This document shows positions 58,701 through 64,000 of a stretch of 64,000 nucleotides of DNA, one piece after another (position 1 is the stretch's first letter; the number at the start of each line of letters is the position of its first letter). This stretch comes from Candidatus Eremiobacteria bacterium (GTDB lineage: Bacteria; Vulcanimicrobiota; Vulcanimicrobiia; Vulcanimicrobiales; Vulcanimicrobiaceae), in NCBI GenBank assembly GCA_963758295.1, contig CAVWUU010000001.1, positions 128,001 to 192,000 on the forward strand, given 5' to 3'. The notes beneath the pieces were generated by a model that was given only the letters and a program-made list of their open reading frames with translations, had not been told where the DNA came from and did no database searches. A program made the translations under genes and the position numbers.

Positions 58701-59267
58701 GAGACGTTCTTGCGCACGCAGCTCGAGGACCTCGCGAAAGCGCGCGAAACACTGCTGGAGTCGATCCGCGAAATCGAAGCGCAGAGCCAAGCGCAGTTCA
58801 ATGAAGTCTTCAATCAAGTCTCGGAAGCGTTTTCCGAGATGTACACCAAGCTGTTCCCGGGCGGACAGGCCAAGATGTGGCAGACGAATCCGGAGAATCT
58901 GTCGGAGACGGGCATCGAGCTTTCGGTGCAGCCGCCGGGCAAACGGCTTATGCCGCTTACGGCGCTTTCGGGCGGCGAACGCGCGATGACGGCGGCGGCG
59001 CTGATCTTTGCGCTCATCAAGGTGAAGCCGTCGCCGTTCTACCTGCTCGACGAAGTAGATGCGGCGCTCGACGACATGAACGTCGAACGTTTCTCGAACC
59101 TGGTGCGCGAGATGGCGGCCGAATACCAGATGATCATCGTCACGCACAACAAGAAGACGATGGAGCTGGCCGACCGCATGTACGGCGTAACCATGCGCGA
59201 ACCCGGTGTGAGCTCGGTAATAGCGGCCGCGCTTACCGAACGCGAACCGGAGCTCGCCCTTGCCTGA
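55700..59267 (+). CDS. smc: Chromosome segregation protein SMC, with an apparent +1 frameshift near 56082
   Basis: [14 protein letters not shown] in 55700-56080; then SIVSQGQID, hinge [23 protein letters not shown] in the other frame. Confidence 0.93.
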
Positions 59268-60834
59268 CACGACGAAGCCGGCCGCGCTCTTCTCGCTTTC
59301 CGATAAGACGGGCGCAGTCCAGCTCGCGCGCGCGTTGCACGATAGCGGCACGGTGATTTACGCCACCGGCGGAACGAAACGGCATCTCGAAGAGAACGGC
59401 ATAGCCGCCTTTGACGTGGGCGACATGACGGGATTCCCGCCGCTCTTCGACGGACGCGTGAAGACGCTGCATCCGAAGGTCTTCGGGGCGATTCTCTACG
59501 ATCGCAGCAACCCCGACCACAGCGCGCAGGCCGAGAAATACGCCATCGCGCCAATCACCACGGTGGTTGTGAACCTCTATCCCTTTGAGGCAACCGTGGC
59601 GCACGAGGGCACGACGCTTACCGAAGCCATCGAGCAAATCGACATCGGCGGCGTTTCGCTGCTGCGCGCGTCGGCAAAGAATTTTGCGCACGTTTCCGTG
59701 CTGACGCATCCTTCGCAGTATGCGGAATTTCTCGCGGCCTTCACTGCGGGCGAAATCCCGACCGCGTTGCGCCGAAAGTATGCCGTTGCCGCGTTCGAGC
59801 GTACTGCCGAGTACGATGCCGCGATTTCTCACTATCTCACGACGGAAGGCCGCGTGCTTCCGAGCGATCTGCCCGGCGCGCTGACGTTGACGCTTCCGCT
59901 CAAGCAGCGTTTGCGCTATGGAACGAACCCGCAGAATCGCGCGGCGTTCTACTTGGACCGCGCGGACCGTCTGCCGGAGCAATTGCACGGAAAGGCGCTT
60001 TCGTACAACAACTTGCTCGATCTCGACGGAACGCTGCGCATGCTTTCGCGCGCGCCGCTCGGTGCCGACTTCGGCAGCGAACACGAGCGCTTCATTCGCG
60101 CGGCTGTCGTGAAACACACGGTTCCGTGCGGAGTCGCTCAACGCTCGACGGTCGGAAAAGCGGTCGCCGACGCGCTCCAAGCCGACCCGGTCTCGGCGTT
60201 CGGCGGTATCGTGGCCACCGACGGCCGTATCGATCTCGAAAGTGCGGAGTCGCTGGCCAAATTTTTCCTGGAAATCGTCGCCGCACCCGACTTCGACGAA
60301 GACGCGCTCGCGCTTCTGCGCAAAAAGAAAAACCTGCGCGTGATGCGATTCGTGCAATCGCTGCCCGACGAGCTCGCGAAAGAATTGCGTGTGCGCAGTG
60401 CGCTCGGCGGCGTGCTCGCCGAAGATGACGGCCCGGATTCGCCTGCCGAAGAATGGCGCGTTGTCTCGAAGCGCCGGCCGACCTCGCAAGAATGGCACGA
60501 TCTGGCGTTTGCATGGGACGTCGTACGGCACGTGAAGTCGAACGGTATCGTCATCGCCAAAGGGGGAACGACTCGCGGCATCTGCGCCGGCCAAACCAAT
60601 CGCGTAAGCGCGGTGCAAATTGCGGCGCATCGAGCGGGGGAGGAAGCGCGCGGCGCCGCATGCGCAAGCGACGGATTCTTCCCGTTTGCGGACGGCCTTG
60701 AAGCGGCTGCTGCCGGCGGCTGCAGCGCCGTCATCGCGCCCGGCGGTTCGGTTCGCGATGAGGAAGTTATTGCTGCAGCCGATCGACTCGGCGTCTCGCT
60801 CGTATTCTCGAATTACCGCTACTTTTTGCACTAG
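59260..60834 (+). CDS. purH: Bifunctional AICAR transformylase / IMP cyclohydrolase
   Basis: SLSDKTG, GRVKTLHP, IDIGG, LRYGTNP, SYNN, HVKSN, ASDGFFPF, PGGSVRD. Confidence 0.96.
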   Translation: MPDTTKPAALFSLSDKTGAVQLARALHDSGTVIYATGGTKRHLEENGIAAFDVGDMTGFPPLFDGRVKTLHPKVFGAILYDRSNPDHSAQAEKYAIAPITTVVVNLYPFEATVAHEGTTLTEAIEQIDIGGVSLLRASAKNFAHVSVLTHPSQYAEFLAAFTAGEIPTALRRKYAVAAFERTAEYDAAISHYLTTEGRVLPSDLPGALTLTLPLKQRLRYGTNPQNRAAFYLDRADRLPEQLHGKALSYNNLLDLDGTLRMLSRAPLGADFGSEHERFIRAAVVKHTVPCGVAQRSTVGKAVADALQADPVSAFGGIVATDGRIDLESAESLAKFFLEIVAAPDFDEDALALLRKKKNLRVMRFVQSLPDELAKELRVRSALGGVLAEDDGPDSPAEEWRVVSKRRPTSQEWHDLAFAWDVVRHVKSNGIVIAKGGTTRGICAGQTNRVSAVQIAAHRAGEEARGAACASDGFFPFADGLEAAAAGGCSAVIAPGGSVRDEEVIAAADRLGVSLVFSNYRYFLH

Positions 60835-60907
60835 GAAAACGCAACGAGAGCCGCCGCTCTCAGAATTTCGTCAGCGAATTATCAGTTCGTCCGTATCATA
60901 ATGGTGA

Positions 60908-62188
60908 GTGCGAAAACGGCGGCCGGAATGGCGATGGGCCGCGGCGCTCGGCGTCGCGCTGTTTCTTTTGTGTGGTGTGCGGTCATTTGCCGAGGAACGG
61001 CCGGGCGAATGGACGCAGTTCCGGCAGAACCCTCGCAATAACGCGGTTGTCGCGAGCGATCTGCGGGCGAAGTGGCGGATAGAAACCGGTTTCTCGTTTT
61101 CGTCAAGTCCGAGCGTATCGGGAACAACGCTTTTCATTGGCAACAACGGCGGCGAGCTTTACGCGGTCGACCTGCGCAACGGCAACGTGCGTTGGCAAAA
61201 ACGTGTGTCGGCGCCTTTGATGTCGAATCCGATTCTCTGGAAAAACCTCGTCATCGTCGGCGAGGGAAACCAGAACTCGTTCAATGGCGACGACGTCCAT
61301 CCGGTCATCGTGGGCAACGGTGAGAACGCGCTCATCGCGTATGACGCAAAGACCGGTGAAGAACGCTGGCAGCTGCCGCTGCATGGCAGCGGAATGCCGA
61401 CCGCCGCGATCGTTCACGGCATGCTTTTGCATCACGACGGCTCCGGCGAATTCATCGCAGCCGATCCCGCAACCGGTCAAGTCACGTACCGGCGCGATCT
61501 CAAAAGCGTCGCCTCCATGAGCGCGATCCTTCCCATCGGCAACGGCACCGTCGTGACAAACGGCATGCAGCCCACCGCCGTGCAAGCGCTCGACGTGCGC
61601 ACCGGCAATCCGGTCTGGTCATACGCTTTCGACGCGTCGGCGTCGGGTGTCGGCGATTGTCCGGCAGCGGCGGGAAACGGCTACATCGTTTGCGATTACG
61701 TCTCCGCCACGCACGGTGCAGCGCTGCACGTCGGCGACGACGCAGTCGAGCACGCGTATGCTTTGAGCGCAACATCCGGCACGCTGTTATGGGACACAAA
61801 ATTCGATGATGCCGGCACGCTGCCGCAAGGAAACGAATCGGCGATTCCGCTCGTGAGCGGCGGTACGGCGTTTATCGGCAGCGCCGTCGCGCCGGCGATG
61901 AACGCCATCAACACGGCGACCGGGAAAGTCCTGTGGCACCTGGTCGTTCGCGGTCCGGTCAAAGACGGACCGGTTGAAAAGAACGGTGCGATTTACTTCG
62001 GCGATTTAGGCGGCTACTTGTGGGCCGTCGATGCCGCTACCGGCAACGCCATCGGCAGAAAGAACGTCGGCGTACCATTCAACGTCGGATCTCCCGTCAT
62101 CGTCGGAAACACCCTTGTGATCGGCAGCCAAACGGGGGCGCTCATCGCCCTGCCGCTCGATGAAGTGCGCCGGTCGCAGGATGGGTAA
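60908..62188 (+). CDS. Secreted PQQ-like (BamB-type) beta-propeller protein
   Basis: Signal peptide; WTQFRQN; repeated A(V/L)D..TG...W motifs. Confidence 0.85.
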   Translation: MRKRRPEWRWAAALGVALFLLCGVRSFAEERPGEWTQFRQNPRNNAVVASDLRAKWRIETGFSFSSSPSVSGTTLFIGNNGGELYAVDLRNGNVRWQKRVSAPLMSNPILWKNLVIVGEGNQNSFNGDDVHPVIVGNGENALIAYDAKTGEERWQLPLHGSGMPTAAIVHGMLLHHDGSGEFIAADPATGQVTYRRDLKSVASMSAILPIGNGTVVTNGMQPTAVQALDVRTGNPVWSYAFDASASGVGDCPAAAGNGYIVCDYVSATHGAALHVGDDAVEHAYALSATSGTLLWDTKFDDAGTLPQGNESAIPLVSGGTAFIGSAVAPAMNAINTATGKVLWHLVVRGPVKDGPVEKNGAIYFGDLGGYLWAVDAATGNAIGRKNVGVPFNVGSPVIVGNTLVIGSQTGALIALPLDEVRRSQDG

Positions 62189-62189
62189 A
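62151..62189 (+). repeat. 39-bp direct repeat, copy 1 (3' end of the propeller gene)
   Basis: TGCCGCTCGATGAAGTGCGCCGGTCGCAGGATGGGTAAA; second copy at 63556-63594 with 1 mismatch. Confidence 0.9.
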
Positions 62190-62198
62190 CCCGAAGCC

Positions 62199-62315
62199 GG
62201 CTGCACGGCCGTCATCGCACCCGGCGGATCGGTTCGAGACGGAGAAGTCATCGCGGCTGCCGATCGCCTTGGCGTCTCGCTCGTATTCTCGAACTACCGA
62301 TATTTCCTACACTAA
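62199..62315 (+). pseudogene. Orphan copy of the purH 3' end (38 codons + stop)
   Basis: 96/117 nt and 36/38 aa identical to 60718-60834. Confidence 0.9.
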
Positions 62316-62353
62316 GAGTGTTCTGCAGGGCACGGGCATAATGCTGTGACCCT

Positions 62354-62791
62354 TTAAGCGTACACCTTGTGGCTTGCGATCGAACTGTATTGGCCGACAA
62401 TAAGTTGCGTTTCGATCAGTTCTTTATTCTCGCCGGTTAGCAGTGTCAATGCGTACTTACCGGGCCGCGAAAAGACTACATTCTCTAAATCAACACCGTG
62501 AATAAAAAAATCCCCATCCGGCAGTATCGGCGGACAATGCAAACGCTGATCGTCCGTTTCAGGACACGAAACAAGCAAATCGATGCTCGTCGCGCCTTCG
62601 ACTTCCGCCCACGTAGACGCCAAGTACAATGACGTACGGTCAGAGCGCTTGCTGCTATGAGGCGGGAACGCCGATGTTCCTAAATCGCGAAGGCGGCTTG
62701 GAAATCTTGTCAGCCGGAGTCGTTCGACAACACCTAGCCAGTCGGCCGAAGTCTCGTTGACAACAACTTTTTGGCAAATGGCGAACCGCAT
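62354..62791 (-). CDS. Hypothetical protein (DUF6941-like beta sandwich), islet cargo
   Basis: MRFAICQKVVV...FSRPGKYALTLL; lower GC. Confidence 0.55.
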   Translation of the reverse strand: MRFAICQKVVVNETSADWLGVVERLRLTRFPSRLRDLGTSAFPPHSSKRSDRTSLYLASTWAEVEGATSIDLLVSCPETDDQRLHCPPILPDGDFFIHGVDLENVVFSRPGKYALTLLTGENKELIETQLIVGQYSSIASHKVYA

Positions 62792-62795
62792 AGCT

Positions 62796-63095
62796 TCACA
62801 GGGCGATCCGCCGCTTAGGGAGGTCTTCGCCCTTAATCGCGGCAACCGCAAAAATGACCGTTCCGACTACGAGCGCCACATTCCCAACGGACAGAAATCT
62901 GGAATCGCGCATTGCGACCGTTGCCAGGACGCTGGCTGTTATCCCGAAAAGCCAAACTATGTACGATGCTTTAACCAGCAAAGACGTTGGTGGAATGGAT
63001 CTCCAGCCCCTGAAGAGCAGAAGCGAGATACAAAGCTGAGCAGCCATCATCGCAAAGTGGCTGGAGTCCAAATGGACCATTGTTACCTCGGGCAA
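62796..63095 (-). CDS. Hypothetical membrane protein, islet cargo
   Basis: Three hydrophobic segments; start uncertain. Confidence 0.4.
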   Translation of the reverse strand: MPEVTMVHLDSSHFAMMAAQLCISLLLFRGWRSIPPTSLLVKASYIVWLFGITASVLATVAMRDSRFLSVGNVALVVGTVIFAVAAIKGEDLPKRRIAL

Positions 63096-63555
63096 CTGAG
63101 AAAAATAGCTAGTGCCTGATCTGGTTGCGCGAGTTATCGCTGAAGTCTTGCGGTGTCGCTCCAGGAATATACATTACGTCTCCTTAGTTCTTAGGTGCGT
63201 CCATGCAACGGGATTAAACTCTTCGAGTTTCCACATCCCCGCAATGGCTTATCGCTTCCAAGAATTAGTTTGCAATAGCCGGGTCTTGAGACAAAGTACC
63301 TGATACTACCGCTACCCGGAAAGATTCTTTGACGTATTGCGTCCGAGCTCACGTGAAAAGTGGCCGGCGATTATGGATCGCTGCGCCATGAGCGTCATGG
63401 CGTTCATGCTGAGTCTGTGTGAGCGAAGCTCGTTCGCGGAAGAGCCTCGGCTCAATGAACGTGCGGCACCATCAGGAGCCGTATGGCGAGCCAATTGAAA
63501 ATGCTTGATCGCGCGATCTCGCACTCGGCATTCCGTGAGCCCACTGTCACGGGAA

Positions 63556-63594
63556 TGCCGCTCGATGAGGTGCGCCGGTCGCAGGATGGGTAAA
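63556..63594 (+). repeat. 39-bp direct repeat, copy 2
   Basis: Matches 62151-62189 at 38/39 positions. Confidence 0.9.
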
Positions 63595-63602
63595 TCCCTA
63601 GT

Positions 63603-64000
63603 ATGCCGAGCTTCTTGCATACGTCTATTTTCGTTAACGACATGAATGAATCGATCGGATTCTATCGCGACAAATTAGGATTGAAACTCCTGGACGGCCC
63701 ATTCCACTATCCCGGAAATGCCGACATGGCGTTCGTCGGCAACGATTGGAATTCGTATATCGAGCTGGTGTACGACTTGGAAGAGCACCCGCCGTACGAG
63801 CTGGGAAACCGGTACGAACATCTAGCCCTCGTTTCGGACGGCGATCTCAAAGAGTACGTTGATGAATTGAAACGCAAAGGCGTAAAGATTCTCAAGGACG
63901 TCTACAAGTCGCCCGGCGGAACGCGCGCGATCGCCTTCATCGAAGATCCCAACGGCATCCCGGTTGAATTGCTGGAGCCGCGAAAAGCGAAGTCGCTCGC
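63603..64000 (+). CDS. VOC/glyoxalase I family protein, runs off the window
   Basis: Not in ORF track; MPSFLHTSIFVNDMNESIGFYRDKLGL...IELVY...YEHLAL...AFIEDPNGIPVELLE. Confidence 0.88.
   Translation, partial: MPSFLHTSIFVNDMNESIGFYRDKLGLKLLDGPFHYPGNADMAFVGNDWNSYIELVYDLEEHPPYELGNRYEHLALVSDGDLKEYVDELKRKGVKILKDVYKSPGGTRAIAFIEDPNGIPVELLEPRKAKSL

Noticed and set aside
59233..60831. Long antisense ORFs (also 12701..13825, 53693..54763, 58128..59351, 44994..46046)
   Set aside because: Expected shadows of high-GC coding genes; no recognisable domains or RBS.
63112..63555. Further cargo genes in the islet
   Set aside because: Only short ORFs with no recognisable motifs; I cannot support a call.

Overview
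A GC-rich bacterial chromosome segment containing the replication origin. Terrabacteria-type gene order combined with a TamB/AsmA-like diderm gene suggests a lineage such as Eremiobacterota, but this is inference only. The left part is the origin cluster: gyrB-dciA-recF-dnaN-[oriC]-dnaA | rpmH-rnpA-yidD-yidC-jag-mnmE-mnmG-rsmG-cca-parA-parB-thiE-thiD-trpS. An accessory middle section holds lipoproteins, an Xre/RES toxin-antitoxin pair, a BTAD-AAA-TPR regulator and a di-cupredoxin. It is followed by a duplicated pair of signal-less six-DUF11 giant proteins, each with a membrane-anchored HEAT-like partner. Next is rpmA-obgE-nadD...maf-mreC-mreD-mrdA, interrupted by a Zn-PLC-like gene plus a His-rich partner, then fabF-rnc-smc-purH and a small direct-repeat-bounded islet. 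The most unusual observations are: (1) a stand-alone LAGLIDADG-like ORF bracketed by inverted 30-bp double-parS-like sites upstream of cca-parAB; (2) the duplicated DUF11 + TM-HEAT module; (3) an intact chimeric PBP2-N-terminus/MreD-C-terminus gene inside the mre operon; (4) a Trp-Trp leader-peptide attenuator upstream of trpS; (5) nested gene-3'-end duplications at purH. No rRNA, tRNA, CRISPR array, integrase or transposase was seen. Family calls come from motif recognition, not database searches.
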